From contig CM052818.1 in NCBI GenBank assembly GCA_028534125.1, forward strand, positions 43,836,001 through 43,900,000: DNA of 64,000 bases, read 5' to 3'. The number at the start of each line of letters is the position of its first letter. Within the stretch, counting starts at the first letter, position 1. This document shows positions 1 through 13,500 of the stretch, in pieces. Source of the stretch: Lama glama (Eukaryota). The position numbers and the translations under genes are program-made. The notes beneath the pieces were generated by a model. It did not search any database and was not told the origin of the DNA. It worked only from the letters and a program-made list of their open reading frames with translations.

Positions 1-1539
1 TCAAAGGATGAGATTTCTGCTTTCCCAGGCCAGGAAAGAAGGCAAAGGAAGCAGCATCCAAGACAGGGATACTATTGTCCCTGTGTCCTAGACCCTCAGT
101 ACTTCCTGCATCTCTGGATGACTCAGCTCACTTCCAATATCTATAAATATAAATCATGCGTGGGAACACTGCAGCTCACTGATTTTCACCTTGTCTCTTT
201 GTGGTGGCTTCCAATTGTCCCCAGCGACCCCAAATACTAGCATAGAAAGGAATATCACCACAAAATCAGTTTAATAGTGGTAGGTCAAGAGTACTTCACA
301 GCACAACACATGGTGCAGAATGAAATGAAAGTTGAGTAAATCAAGTTCAAAGAGAACATATCAAACAGCCAAACTGAGTTAGGGTTCCTGCTCTTCTCCC
401 ATTGATGCCTCACAAAAATATCCAATAGCAGCAATTTTTAAAATGTTTTTAAAATATTTTGCCGATCTTTATTATCAGATGATTCTTCTCTACCCTTGAT
501 CATACGCATTGTTAAGCACTCTGATTTCTAAATTCATGGCAGAGATCGGATGAGCACATGCTATCGAGCAAGTCAAAACTGATGTGATAAAACATTGCCA
601 CTGACCTCGCTGGAGATCCCTGTTGGAAACAGATTTTTCACAAAACAACTACCGAGTTTGCAGTGGGTGACAAGCACCATGTGACAATAACCAAGTGTGA
701 TGGACTCTATTCTATCTTAACAATAATTGACTTTGTTACATTTTTTGGGGGTTATTAAAAATGCAAGACTTCAAGTCCTGCAACTTGCTAAACAGCCCCT
801 CTATTCGCCTGGGCTTCTTTCTCTCCTTGAACCAAGAACGAGTTGCTGCCCACGTGCATGGCAGTGACGAGCTCACACTGATTTAGAGGCTGGGTGGGCG
901 GAGGCGTGGAAGGAAAGTGGGCCATCCCTTCTCTGTGTTCATAGACCAAACCACGCCAGTTTCAAAAGCCACTTATTTAAAATAAATAGGAAAAAATGAA
1001 GCACGTCCCCCCTCAGGTTTCAGAAAAATCATATAAAATTATACCTGCACAGATTCGTTTTGTTTTACCGAACACAACCCAAAGTCATCCCAAACCTCAC
1101 ATTTCTATTCTTCCAATTTGACTGGCTCAGGAATTTGGTGAATCACACTGCAGGGAAGACAAGCCCACTCCATTCACACAAACAAATTGTTTTTGTTTCC
1201 ACTCATCACTTGCATGAACAAGCGCGTCAGATGCATTAGCTGACTGCTCCGTTATCTTCAAGGCACTCTGAAGTTTTTAAACTGGCTCCTTGATAGATCA
1301 TTCTTACTGAGATTTTTGAAAAAGTGGTTTGGAAGGATGGATTAAACCCCTTCCCCTTAGCTATTTATGTAGTGCTAAGCCATAGGAGAGACTGGTTTAT
1401 TACAAGAGTTTGCAACATAAGCAGAGTCTCTATCCTGTACAGCAGTACTAACTGAGATACTCATTCTGCACCGTTTATACGAAGTGCCAGAGCTCGTGGT
1501 TGTAGGCATATTGAGAATCAATCATGGACAACCCTTTAT

Positions 1540-1680
1540 GATTTATAAAGCACTTCCACATGTATGACTCATCACAATACACGATGTGACATGTTTTACT
1601 ACACCAATTTTCCAGATGAGAACATGGAGGCCCAGAGGTAACTTGGCTTTCGTCAGGCAGGATCCAAACCAAGCTTTGCT
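1540..1680 (-). mobile_element. MIR SINE fragment
   Basis: 'aaagcacttccacatg...ttttccagatgagaacatggaggcccagaggtaacttggc' matches the reverse-complement MIR core. Confidence 0.7.
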
Positions 1681-2029
1681 CCATACAAAGCTCGACTTCT
1701 TGATCACAAGGCTGTACCAATTTCCAAGAGGCGTTTTCTCTTCTTCCCGCTGTGCCTTCTTACTTGCTCTTGCGCCTCCCGTTTGCCATTTGCTGGGAGG
1801 GGAAGTACCCCTTTTCCTTGCAGAACAACCAGGGACTCCCTACCTCCTCCAAGTCCATGCTCCTCTCCCTTTCTCACCCCTATTCCTGTCTCTGCGACCT
1901 GCTCATTCTTCCTTGCTTGCAACTTAAAGAGTCAGGAGAAGATCTTCAGGAATGAGTTGGACGTCCTTCTGCCAAAAAGAAGATTTTCCTTAAAGTGACC
2001 TTCCCTCAGTTATACTAAATATAATTAAT

Positions 2030-2630
2030 GTTCTAGTTACTTTGGCCATGTAACAGATTATCCCAAACTGCAATGGTCTCAAAAAAAAAATCGTTTTGTG
2101 ATGTTCCTGGATTCTGTGAGTCAGCTCATACAGGGCGGAGTTGGGAGGATTTGTCTCTGTTCTACAAAATCTGGGGATTTAGCTGGAAAAAGTTGAATGA
2201 TAGCGGGAGGGGAACAGAGAGTGTGACTCCATGCCTGGGGAACTGGAGTCGCCTTGAGGTTTCTCTACCCATATGTCCGCTGGTTGAGGCTGGGGTTGGC
2301 TGGAACCAGCGTGGGTATCAACTGGGGCTGTTCCATGTGGCCGCTCCACATTGTGTCTCCATATGGACAAGATTAGGCTTCCTTTTATATGACAGCTGGG
2401 TTCCAAGAGCAAAAATCCCAGAAGAGCCACATGGAAGCTGAATGGTATTTTGTGATCCCGCTGTAGAGGTCACTGGGCATCATTCCACCATGGTTGGAAA
2501 CCTGCTTTGATTCAAGAGTAGGAAACAGACTCTACCTCTCAGACGGGAAGAGGGCCATAGTCACACTGTAAGAAGGGCATGCAGAATGGGAGACATGGTT
2601 ACAACCATCTTTGAAGAATATAATCTGCCC
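2030..2630 (-). mobile_element. ERVL-MaLR solo LTR (MLT1F/G/H-like)
   Basis: Starts 'ctagttactttggccatgtaacagattatcccaaa'; contains 'gctgggttccaagagc', 'gaggtcactgggcatcattccacc' and 'accatctttgaagaatataatctgcc', typical of reverse MLT1. Confidence 0.75.
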
Positions 2631-2849
2631 CATTTTTGCTTGAAAAGGCAATTTAGGTTCATCTCTTGCATCCCTAAAAATCGTTCCTTTACCCCATGTC
2701 ATCTGACTTCCATCTTTACCATTCCACTTTAATGAAGTGTAATTGAAAGAAGAATTAGACCTCTTCTTTCCAAGTTTGAGTGGACACCCCGATTTTCTGG
2801 TCTGTGTTCTCCATCTTTCTGCCGTGCAGCCCATGGGCTGTGTGTTCAC

Positions 2850-3300
2850 TCCGGGCCCCTCTAGGGCCACTCCTCACCCCTCTCCATCAGGCTCCGTAGC
2901 CCAAGAAGCTGCATTCTAGGGACTGCAGCGACCAGAACTCCTTACTTCTGGATCCCCTATTTGATTTGGCCAAGGTAGAGAAGTAACAAGAGGCTACGGA
3001 GTAGAAAGAGAGACAGAGAGCGGGGTGACCCTGCCTTCAGCTCCCTCCCTGTTTAATCTTTCTGCCACAGGCCGTAGCTCACTTCAGGCAGCCCTCTCCC
3101 ACAGCTAAACAGCAGACAAAGCCTTGACTGGATACTCCTCTTTGGCTTAGTAGGTAAAGCCTTAATTTCAAGGACCTGGCCCAAAGCTCTTGCCTACCTT
3201 TCTCCCTGTCTACAGACATCATTACACCCTTTGGCCCAGCCCTACTGAGATACGCGCACCTCCTCCCTACACACTGTGCTGCTCCACACCTCCTTGCCTT
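2850..3300. mobile_element. ERVL LTR (LTR33-like) fragment
   Basis: 'gggactgcagcgaccagaactccttacttctggatcccctatttgatttggccaagg...gagagacagagagcgggg' resembles LTR33 as I recall it. Confidence 0.5.
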
Positions 3301-3374
3301 GGGTGACATGCTGTTGACTCCAGCTGCAGAGTGAAAGCAAAATCAACTCAGTCATCAGCACTCCTTAGGGATGA

Positions 3375-3570
3375 GCGGACTGGTACATAGTCCCTAGACA
3401 CGTGACAGCTTCAATCTAAGTTAATTAAAATTAAACACAATTCAGATTTAGTTCCTCATTTATACTAGCCAGATTTCAAGTGTTTCATAGCCACGTGTGG
3501 CTGGTGGTGATTATTTAGACAGGATAGAAGATATCCATCATCACAGAAGGTTTTGTTGAACAGTGTTGTC
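3375..3570 (-). mobile_element. MER3-like hAT-Charlie MITE
   Basis: 'ttcaagtgtttcatagccacgtgtggctggtgg...ccatcatcacagaaggttttgttgaacagtgttg', followed by the hAT-type target 'tctaga'. Confidence 0.8.
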
Positions 3571-4929
3571 TAGAATCCATTTAGGGTGGTGATTTTTAAA
3601 TCTCCTGCTCAATGAAACTGTAGGTGGGAGCCTCTTCTATGGAACAGATATAAATGGAGCCCTTCTGGTTGAGCCGAGAGTAGGGGGACTTGGAGACTCT
3701 GCCATATGTCACCTCTTAGATAGCCCTTTGAAATTTAGAGCTCCACAGAGAAAAAGGGAGAAAACCAAGAAAGACCCACCCAGCCCTTGTAACTCAGAAC
3801 TCAGCCATGCCCAGAAGCATGCAGATCAGATGCAATCAGCAAAGAAAAATGACTCATATCAAATTAAGATCCTGCTCATGTTTAACTCAACTTATCTCTG
3901 ACATATCTGATTGTATTCACTCCAAAAACAGCAATATAGAAACATTACAAGTCATAGTTGCCTAGGACAAAAATCCCTTTTTAACTCAATCTTGTCCACA
4001 TTTAATTTGCAACAACTTCCTTTGCAAATTGTTAGTCCCAGAACAGCATAAATGTTCCCTTTCCTTAAGTCCAGTGGACCTCTTGTTTTCCCTTTGTTCT
4101 TTTCTATACTCCGTAAATCAACTTGATTTGTTTTCAGAGACTTCTGTCCCTTTTAGGTGACCGCAGGGCACAATGGACTACATTTTCCAGAATATTCCCA
4201 GGCTTAGTCCCATTCCCACCATGAACCACATCTTCCCATCCCTAAAATTCATGTTCCCAGCAGAAAAGCAATGCCTAGTTCCTACTAGGACAATTTGCTA
4301 AAACAGTCCCTTCCATCATGTTCTTCTCTGACAGGAAAGGCTGGGCAGGTCACTGGGGAAGAAAGGCATTACCAAATATTAGGAAAGGAAGTGGTCTGAC
4401 CTGTGAGCAATGACCACCTTGAAGAAGAGGTATAAAATAACACTTTATTCAAATTATAAGTGCACTGGAGAGTGACTTTTGACTAAAACTTTTTCACTCT
4501 CTTATCCCTTTTCTTCATCTTCCTTGCTTTGCTCCTTTGGCATCCAAGATGTCTTCCATCCTCTCCAGTGTTGGCACCTTTGGTCTTTAATCATGGCACA
4601 GCTGCCTTGCCTTACTACATGGGTTCACAGCTCACAGCCAGTCTCCTCCATAGGGCTCCAGGCATCCCAGACTCACGTTTCAGAATCCGAGCTCCAGCTC
4701 AGGCTCCCCCAAGTGACAGTGTGGGCTGGCCTCCTTCCAGCCCCAGAAGTCCTGCGAAGGCTGAAGGTGGAAGGTTACAGGAAGGGTGGAAATCATGTAG
4801 GGAGATGTGATCCTGAGGATTATTACCATATAAAAATCCCTAAAGACTCACTCTGTTTCTCAGTGTGCCCTAATATTCATTGAGCCACATTTTGTCTAGA
4901 GCTTCACGTAAGTTAACTTTAAATCATGG

Positions 4930-5070
4930 AAGAGAGATATCTGTAATCCTATCATACATATATGTAAACTGAGTCTCAGAAAAGCCCATGGACCTACCCC
5001 AAGGTTACACAGCCAGCAGGGGGGCAAGCCAGGAGAGCAACACCCATTTGACTGCAAACCCCTCGTTTTC
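4930..5070 (-). mobile_element. MIR SINE fragment
   Basis: 'aaactgagtctcagaaa...ccaaggttacacagcca' MIR core. Confidence 0.65.
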
Positions 5071-5529
5071 CCCAGTCTACCATGATCACCTTCATAAAGC
5101 AAGACACACCTCTCAAGCTGGATCTGCCCATTAACCTTCATCACATCTTGCACATGACCAATCATCTTGGCAAACTTCTTACCGAATGAAGGAGGTGATT
5201 TCCAGGACGAGGTCATTCCTTTTCTTTGAAGAGTGCTTGTGTTGTTTCACCAGCCCCTTTAAAAATTGCCTTTGATGTGAGATGATCCCCAGGTTTTGAC
5301 TTTCAGGAAACAGGCTTATGAGGAGGATTACAGCACCTCGAGGCGGGTGGCTGTGATGGGTGACAACCAGCGCCGGAGCAGGGACAGCCCCGGCTCTCAG
5401 AGGGTGTTCCTCCTCCTCCTCCTTTGCTCTTACTCTTTGAAACTAAAGACACCTGGAGCCTTGACATGTTTGCTTTGGCAGCTGGATACTCTTGAAGGAT
5501 GAGCTAACTCACATCCTCACCTTAGGGCG

Positions 5530-5670
5530 AGAAGAGATCTTGAAAGTCATCTAGTTCAACCTCCTCCCTTTGCAGAAGAGGAGAGGGAAATTCAGCGGCT
5601 TCCCAAGGTCACCACCACATTAGCAGCAGAGCTGGGTCTGTGAGTGCAGTCTGTGGCTCCTAGAGGAGGG
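5530..5670 (-). mobile_element. MIR3-like SINE fragment
   Basis: 'gatcttgaaagtcatctagttcaacctcct...cccaaggtcac...agcagagctggg'. Confidence 0.6.
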
Positions 5671-6129
5671 CATCCACCCCATGTCAGCCCACCTCCACAC
5701 AAAGCATGAGAGAGCTCTTCCAGAGAGTGAAGTCTTTGCTGACAGTCACGCTCTGCCATACAAAGAGCGTGTGCTCTCGAGTCAGACAGAAGCAATTAGA
5801 CTCAAACACAGTCGGAATCCTGAAGATGCAGCCGCTAGATGTGTGGCTGGAAAGCTTGATCTCTTCATCTGTAACTTCATGACGTTAATGGAAGGATTGA
5901 GCGAGACAGCATATTACGGAGTGGTGGTGGTGTCCAGGAAATAGGAGCCCAACCATCCCCCTGCTGTCAGTACTTACAGGCTGTGAACAGCCAAGTTCAA
6001 GCCAATCTAAATACACTAATTTCAGATTCAACAACGCATGTCTGTATTACCTTCTGAGAATCAACGTTAAACCATAAAATACATGACGAGTGATGCTCAG
6101 ATTTTGAAGTGGCCATTATGGAAACTATA

Positions 6130-6300
6130 ATACTAAGGACCAGTTTTTGAGTATCTACTTTGTGTTTATCATGCTAGGCAGTTTTTATGCATTTTTCTTT
6201 CCCCAAAACAATCTTGTAAGGAAGGTATGTTTATCTCTCTGCTATCAGAGGAGAAATTGAATCTCAGAAGATCAAGTAAAAGATTCAAGGACACATGATG
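6130..6300 (-). mobile_element. MIR SINE fragment
   Basis: 'cagaggagaaattgaatctcagaagatcaagtaa...caaggacaca'. Confidence 0.55.
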
Positions 6301-6929
6301 TCATCTGTTCCATTTGTGAAATATACACCCGCCAACACTGACTCCTGTCACTGCGGCCCCGGCCCCAGCACACTTAGAGACTTCAAGTTGAATTTTAATG
6401 CACAATAAGAATAACAGGAAGGGAGGGAGAAAAGAAACTTAACTACTCCTCAGAAAGTTGAGAAAAGTATAGAAACAGGAAATGAATCACTGTTAGGATT
6501 TTTTCCCCCCTTTTTTTTATAGGAAACCCAATTTGTCAGATAAGAAATGGTAGAGAAGCATTTAGCTGTCTCCCTCCACCCAACCAAGTCTGAGGAATTG
6601 CTTCTAGGAGTGCACATTTGGCTTAAAAGCCTGTGGGCTGACAAAAAAAAAAAAAAGCTATTTAGATTCCAGGAGAAAGCTTTATCACCTATTGTGCTGG
6701 CGTGAAAGTAAAATTAAGGGGAGATCCTTGGGGTTCATGTATGTTGACTCCTTATACTCTGAACAAGTAAAAGGCAGTTGAAAGACTCAAGGAGAGCCCT
6801 GGCTTTTCCCCTGCTCCTAAAAGTTAAGCTCCAGGGTCCACCCAGGAACCTAGGGGTGGCTGTGCTCAGTATTTGCACAAAGAACATTTTTAAAGAGTTT
6901 TGAACATGGCAGTGCTAGTTTATAACAGT

Positions 6930-7120
6930 TAAACCTGAGCTCAGCCTTCTCTCTACCAATTAACTAGTGGAATGATCTGCTATACAAGCCACTTCAGAGC
7001 TCAGTTTTCTTGTCTGTTACATGAGGGCTATAAGGCTCACCCATTGATACTGTTGTTGGAATTGGAAAGTGGCGTCCATTGGGGTCCTCACAGGAACATA
7101 GGATGCAAGTGTTATTCTAT
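6930..7120 (+). mobile_element. MIR SINE fragment
   Basis: 'ctcagttttcttgtctgttacatgaggg...tgttattctattatt'. Confidence 0.55.
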
Positions 7121-7206
7121 TATTATCATAATTTTCTTCCTCTTCCTTTGTCCTGAAATACCTTTACCACAAAATACCCTTTTAGGAAGTTTTTCAAGAT
7201 ACCATC

Positions 7207-7578
7207 TGTTATAGACTGAATGTCCCCAAATTCAAATGTTAAAGGTCCCACCCTCAATGTGACTATATTTGGAAATAAGGTATTTATGGAGGTAATTAAG
7301 GTTCAGTGAGGTTGTAAGGATGGGGCCCTGATCTGATAAGATTAGTGTCCTTATAAGAGGAGACACCTGAGAGCTTGTTCACACTCTTTCTACCAGGTGA
7401 GGACACAGCAAGGAGGTGGCCACCTACAAGCCCATGAAGAGGGTCCTCACCAGGAACTGAATCAGCCAGCACCTTGATCTTGGACTTCCGGCCTCCAGAA
7501 CTGTAAGAGATAACTTTCTGTTGTATAAGTTATGCAGTCTGCAGTGTTCTGTCACGGCGGCCCGAGCAGACAGATACA
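7207..7578 (+). mobile_element. MLT1A/MLT1A0 solo LTR (ERVL-MaLR), full length
   Basis: TG...CA termini; 'ccagcaccttgatcttggacttccggcctccagaactgtaagag' hallmark; near-perfect 5-bp TSD ccatc (7202-7206) / ccttc (7579-7583). Confidence 0.9.
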
Positions 7579-8799
7579 CCTTCCCCCACAGCCTCAGCAT
7601 AGACGTGTCCATAATGGTGTTCCTCTGCTTCTGAACTCCACAGCACGTTTTGCATGATATTCCATGATATTAACAGTTTCTAACTGATATTAAAAGGATT
7701 TGGCTGCATATCTTATCTCCTAACAGCAGGTGAAGTCACCTCAGGGTCACCAGCCTATAGCACAGAAGTGGACATTCCCAGCAAATGCCTAGTCAGTGAA
7801 TACTGGACACATCAATGAGCTCACTAATGTATGTTGCTCCCGAAGGTTAATATTTGTTTGCTTTAGACAGATTGCACTTTATTTGTGTTAATCTCTCTGA
7901 TTGTACTTGAAGTAACATGTCAGGTCGGTATTATTTATGCAAAGTCTGTCTCCATCCATAGGGATTAAGGGTAGTGCCATATCTGTTGTCCCATGGGAAG
8001 CATCTGGAACTTTGTTCAGGTTAATACATGACTGTGAAAAGACCATCCTGGTGATTTGGTATAAACGCCTGGGGGCTGGACAGATTTCATTTGCTGGAAT
8101 TACTAGATTGTTTGGGGAGATACAAGAACCTGGCAAAGAAGTGAACACTTTCCGGTGAACTAGGCACAGCTGGAAAATCGAAGGCTGAAACGCTGGGGTT
8201 GGGAGTCTTTCCATCGGAAAACGTGGTGTCTTTAAGAATTTCCAAAGTTACGTAGGCAAGAGGAGGCTACCTAAATCTTCAGAAACATTTACTGGCTCCA
8301 TGGTAGCCTCAGCTCTAGTGGTTTTCACTTTTTAACGGGGATTAGTTAAGGGGTAGAATTTTGGACTCAGTTTGGAGCGTGTAACACCAAGATAGTAGAT
8401 GAAACACCAGAGGAGAAACAGGGGTAAGCAGTAGGAAGAAAGGCCAGAATTCTCAGATTTATCTGCAGGAGTCTGGACTGTTCCAAGTCATGAGACTGGG
8501 TGTTTGAGCCAAATTTACCTGAATTCTGGAGAAATGAGGTGATCCCAGAGGATAACTGGCCTCTGCTCTGACCCAGGCCCTTGGCTGGGTGCTGACAATT
8601 CAGGGATAAGACGCCATCCCCAGCCTTCCTGTGAAGACGCTTCCCAGACAGATCAGGCAGGTGGTGTCACTGCTTGTAGACTCCCGTTCATCTGAACGTG
8701 AGCTCCCCAGGGGCGCGTGTAACCACAGCGCGGGCCAGAAAGTGGATCAGAGACCGAGGAGAAGAGCTCAGAGCAGGAGGACAGTACTGTCTCCACTGT

Positions 8800-8950
8800 C
8801 TTCACAAAAACCTGGGCGGCACTTAGAACACTGTCACTGGCTCTACTGCAGAGGTGAGCAAACAAAGGCCCAGGGCATGGAACTGAGCTGCCCTCAGCCA
8901 CACGCCTTCATGGTGGCAACATGCGGACCAGAAGCCACATCTTTGACTTT
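8800..8950 (-). mobile_element. MIR SINE fragment
   Basis: 'gcagaggtgagcaaacaaaggcccaggg...gctgccctcagccacac'. Confidence 0.5.
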
Positions 8951-9269
8951 CAGGCAGTAGGCTCTGGGGGAGACAGCGCAGATACAGGGGATTCTGTTAC
9001 CAGCGTCACCACTAAGTCACTCCTTTCAAATCCTGAGATCACATGGAACTGAGAGGTGAAGGAAGTACACTGACGGAACGTCTTCCAGATGTCCGAGGGG
9101 GGTCCATTCCTCATCCTTGTTCTGAGTGACACAGCACAACCACAGGTACACTCACGGACGCATAAACACCATCCCGTTGCTAATGCAGCTTGTTTTTTCC
9201 TCTTTCCTTTAACTCTGCCCCTTCGTGCCTCTCACCTCATGTTATTCCTCCCATACTTTCCTCCATTTT

Positions 9270-9480
9270 CATACATATTCATTTACTCAACTCATGTAGT
9301 TGCCCAATTTACATACATTTACAGGCACCGATTGTGTACCAAGTATTATGCTAATGCAGAGGATGCAGGGATGGATAAAAGAAGACACAAACCGACAACA
9401 ACAAAAACAAAGCCCCACGAAGATTCCACACCTCATGCAACTTCTATATTCTGATGGGAGGAGGTCGACAATAAACACAG
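9270..9480 (-). mobile_element. L2 LINE 3' end fragment
   Basis: 'ttcatttactcaac...catttacaggcaccgattgtgtaccaagtattatgcta', degenerate L2 tail. Confidence 0.55.
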
Positions 9481-10129
9481 AAGTCGGTGAACAGTGTGTC
9501 CAAAGACACGTGGTGGGAGGACTAATAAAGCGGAGCAGTGGGGTGGGAACACTCGGGTGGAGTGGGAAGGGGTGGAGAGGCCTGGTGTGCAGTTCTAAGT
9601 CGGGTGGCCTGTGAACAGGTACACAGGTGCATTTGGAACACATGGCACCGTTTTGCAAAGACTGGATAATACTATGCACACTCAGTCTACTCCTGTCCTT
9701 CTCCAGTCAATAATACTTTGTGGAAATCCCTGCCAAGTCAATCCATTCCGTTCTCACTCCTTTGAATGGCTGGATACTATTCTAAAGTATGCCTGTATCA
9801 AACATCATCCATTCAGTATCGATGCGCAACCTTGCATGATCTCATTTCATCCTTACAAAAGTCCAGGGTGATGCAGGAAAAAGCAGTGGGGCTTTCATGG
9901 TCAATGTTCACATTTTCTTAGAACACTAATCAGTGTTTTTAATACAACCACACTGTTGACGAGACTCACGGTGATGGAAAAAGGGGTCTCTCTGCCTTTT
10001 GTTTCCCTTAATGTGTTCCCACCTCCTTTTCACCCCCTAAGCTTGAGGCTTGCTTTGGTCTTTGCTCTTGAGTGGAGTTCTTGGATGGACTAGAAGCAGT
10101 AAGAATCCAGAATCAAGTCAAACAAGTAA

Positions 10130-10300
10130 CAACATCAGAAAAGATCTTGGAAGGTAGCTGGCCCAGCTCCCTCCATTTCCAAGTGGGCAACCAGAGACCT
10201 AGAAATAAGAAAGGATGCCCTAAGGTCACACAGGCAATTTGTAACAAACTCAAAAGAATACACTCGAGTCCCAAATTCCAATCTAGCACTCTGTCCCCTG
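10130..10300 (-). mobile_element. MIR3-like SINE
   Basis: 'ccatttccaagtgggcaaccagagacctagaa...gccctaaggtcacacagg'. Confidence 0.6.
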
Positions 10301-10302
10301 CA

Positions 10303-10430
10303 CTCTCCTACTCAGTGTGGTCCACAGACCACTGACACCAGCATCAGCTGGGAGTTTGTAAGAAATTTAGAATCCCTGTCCTTACCCTGGATCTAGTGAT
10401 CAGACAAGATCCCCAGGTGATACACACAGA
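10303..10430. mobile_element. MER5-type hAT-Charlie fragment
   Basis: 'ctactcagtgtggtccacagacc...cagcatcagctgggagtttgtaagaaat...aagatccccaggtgat'. Confidence 0.65.
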
Positions 10431-10484
10431 CACTACAGCAGGAGAACTCCCAGAGGAAAGAGGAGAGCAGGTGGCACACGCTTA

Positions 10485-10524
10485 CCCGGAAGGTGAGCCA
10501 GGAGTGTGCGTGTGCGCGTGCGCA
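10485..10524. promoter_or_regulatory. Candidate NRF1 site next to an ETS-type CCGGAA motif
   Basis: tgcgcgtgcgca (10513-10524) fits the NRF1 consensus; ccggaag lies about 20 bp upstream. Motif match only. Confidence 0.3.
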
Positions 10525-13500
10525 GGTGTGGAGCACAGAGGCACGATGGAGGAATCTCAGGCTGGCGTTGCCTGAGAAGACGGAAGGATGCAAGAACAAT
10601 AACTCGCTTTGCCTCTTCCCTCTTTTTCAAAAAGCAAAATTTCTAAAGCCAAGAGGCCTAAGCATCCCAGGCAGATCTCTGGGATGAGGTTTAAATATGA
10701 GCAGGAGATCAGGCACATTCGTACATGCTCTTAACCGAATCACAGGCCCATGGGAGGAGGGAAGAAAGGAAAGAAAGGAAAGGAATGAAAAAAGGAACAA
10801 CTTACATTTCTGCTTAATTAAACTGTCCTTTAGGCATTTGCTCTTGGCGTATTCACGTGGACAAGGGGTTGTAAGAAAACGCAGAGAGGGAGGCAGGTCT
10901 ATTTTTTCAGAATAAATGTAGCATATTTCCTGAAGAAAATGAGTTCCTAGTTTTCTCAGAAGGAAGACACTCCATTGTTGGGAAGCAAAAATGAACACAT
11001 TTTTCTACTTTTTCAAATGGCCTGTCATTTCCTTTACAGTGGTAAACGTCCCCAGGGAGATTTTTCACCCCAGAGATAAAAACCTGTATTCTCTCTACGT
11101 GATAAAAACTCACTCAATCTTCATGATCTGTGTCCTGCAGCAAAGTACACTCCTAAAAAGCTCTCCATTAACCCTAACTGGATGAGTTGTGTGTAGCTAA
11201 AAGTATCTCGTCAAATCTCCTCTTAACAAAAGTTATTTTTAGCAAACTTGTACTAAATTATAACTCTCGTGTCTTTTAAGCATTCCTTTTGGGCTCCCAT
11301 AGGAATGTAGGCCGAAAAACTGTTAGCAGGGGGAAAAAAAAAGCAAAACAAAACAAAAAACAGAAAACAAGCAACAAAAATTAAAATATATACACATATA
11401 TATATATTTTTAATTTGGATTTACTTGTTTACCTACTTTATGCCAGCTATTTTAGGTTTAATCCAAAAAAAAATTCTCATAGAAGTTCTTATACTGATTT
11501 TGGAAATGAAGAATTCATGCTGGAAGAGGTCAATTAACTTGACGTACAAGAATAAGCTAGAACTAAAATGAAGAGCTGTTTCTGCACGAGGCTCAAGGTC
11601 TCCCCACCTCACCCCGCCGCTGGGACCAAGCGAAGCATCTTGGAAGCAGCCCACGTTCACGCTGGTCCTGGGCACCTGACTTCCGCCAGCAACTGTGGAA
11701 AACAATCAAGGAAATGAAATCCCCCTGGGAGGCAGCAGACACTCAGGGGAGGGAACATGGGCGGTTTCCTGGATGGGCCCCTTGGGGTTCTGGGAAACCA
11801 TGACCACAAATCAGAGGGCCTGCCCAGCATTGTGTAACTTCAGTTCAGAAAAAGAAAGCTCTCCTCTCTCCAGCAGGCCTCCAGCCGGCCTCTCATGACA
11901 AACCACTTTCCTGGACGCTTACTTCTTGAGCTCAAGTTGCAAGGAAGAAACGAAGTTGGAGATTCCAGCTGGCTGGAGGCAGGGATGGCCAGCAAGTTTT
12001 GGATAAAGCAGTCCTATTTCTTCTCTTTCGCATCAGTTTGAACTAGACAAAAAGGCTCATCTTGCCAGAGATGACTCGCTAGTCTGAGCTGGCCCTTTGG
12101 AAAAGCCCTCTCAGACAGCAGCTGTAAATCACGCGACAACCTCTCTCTGTAAGTCCCGCGGCAGCCAAGATGCGAAGAGTGATTTATCAGGCTGCTTCCA
12201 ACAAGCTCAGTTTTTGAAGGCAGGAAAAAGATGCCAAAAGGCTTTAAAAGCTGAACGAGGATTTCCCCAAAGAGGGAAGCGGAAGACACTTCTTGGAGGA
12301 AGGGACCCAACCAACGACTGGACCATCTGGGTCCTCCAGGGAGTGGGGGTTGTAGGCAAGCTTTCTGCACCCCCTCCTGTTTCTGTATTCAGAAATGGAA
12401 ATCATGGAGAGAGAGATCCAATCAGTAGACAAGAATGCATCCTCCCTCTCCTCTCCCTGACCAAGCCCTCCAAACCCCACCCCCCCGGCCAAACATGCTT
12501 CCTTAGACAGGAAACTTTAAATTGCTGGGATGGGCCACCCTAATTGCTACTCTTTTAATAACTCGGTTCACTCCTTGAAGTCTCTGTAAACATCTCGGAA
12601 GTGGTGTAACATGGCAAGGAAGGGAAGGAACGTGACTCACCTCTCCTGCAGGGGGCTGGCTTCTGAGGAACCAGAGAAGAGCTAGTTCATCAAGCCCCCT
12701 CCCCCCTTGGCCCACCTCTCCACAGTCTCGCGAGAGTTCCCAGGAACCGCGCTCACAGGTGTCTACCTGGTTTCCCCCACTGCCTCCGCCTAGAAGACTG
12801 TTTGTTGCCCACGCTCTCTGTCTGCACTAGCAGAGAGCTGTGACCACAGCCCGGCATTCGACCTTTTCCTTCACATCCTAATCCTGCAAAGGACCTGTAG
12901 GCATTTGGTAAATAAGACTGCTGAGAGAACCCAGGACAACTCAGGAAGGCAGTATCAGAGCGAAGACGCCAGCACCAGCCTCCTGCTTGCCCAGCCGGCT
13001 CTCTGCTGTTTCAGAGAGCCCTGGGCCTTCCCTGGACAGTCATCAGCTTTGAGATCTGGGACTTTCGGAGCCAGCCTTTTTCTGCAACATCACAGACGGT
13101 TTTTATATCTTTCTTAGCATCTCCATATGGAGTAAACAAGTGGAAAGTATTATTTGAAAACCAACAGAGTAAAAAGGGGATTGGGAAATACACATAACTT
13201 CATCTGGGCACATCAATTTCTTTCAACTTTTTTCCTTTTTGTACAATCGCTTTAATTTATGGTGGTTTGGGAAGTCAGATACCTGTGGTTTGCCGGAACC
13301 TCAGGTATTTGATTCAAGGGTGAGAGGGTCCAAGAGGTGTTTGCTAGTTGGTGGCAGAAATAAGAAATTTTCTATTTTTTCTGTCATCAAAAAATGAACC
13401 ATCTGAATACCCCTCTCCAGAAAGAGACTGGGCTGGGGCAAAGCAGGCCATCTGAGCAACAAAATGAGCAGTTGCAGGGCACAGAGTTCTTTCCTGGCGC

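Noticed and set aside
1475..1720. 81-aa minus-strand ORF that looks protein-like
   Set aside because: Largely overlaps a MIR; no recognisable domain or splice structure.
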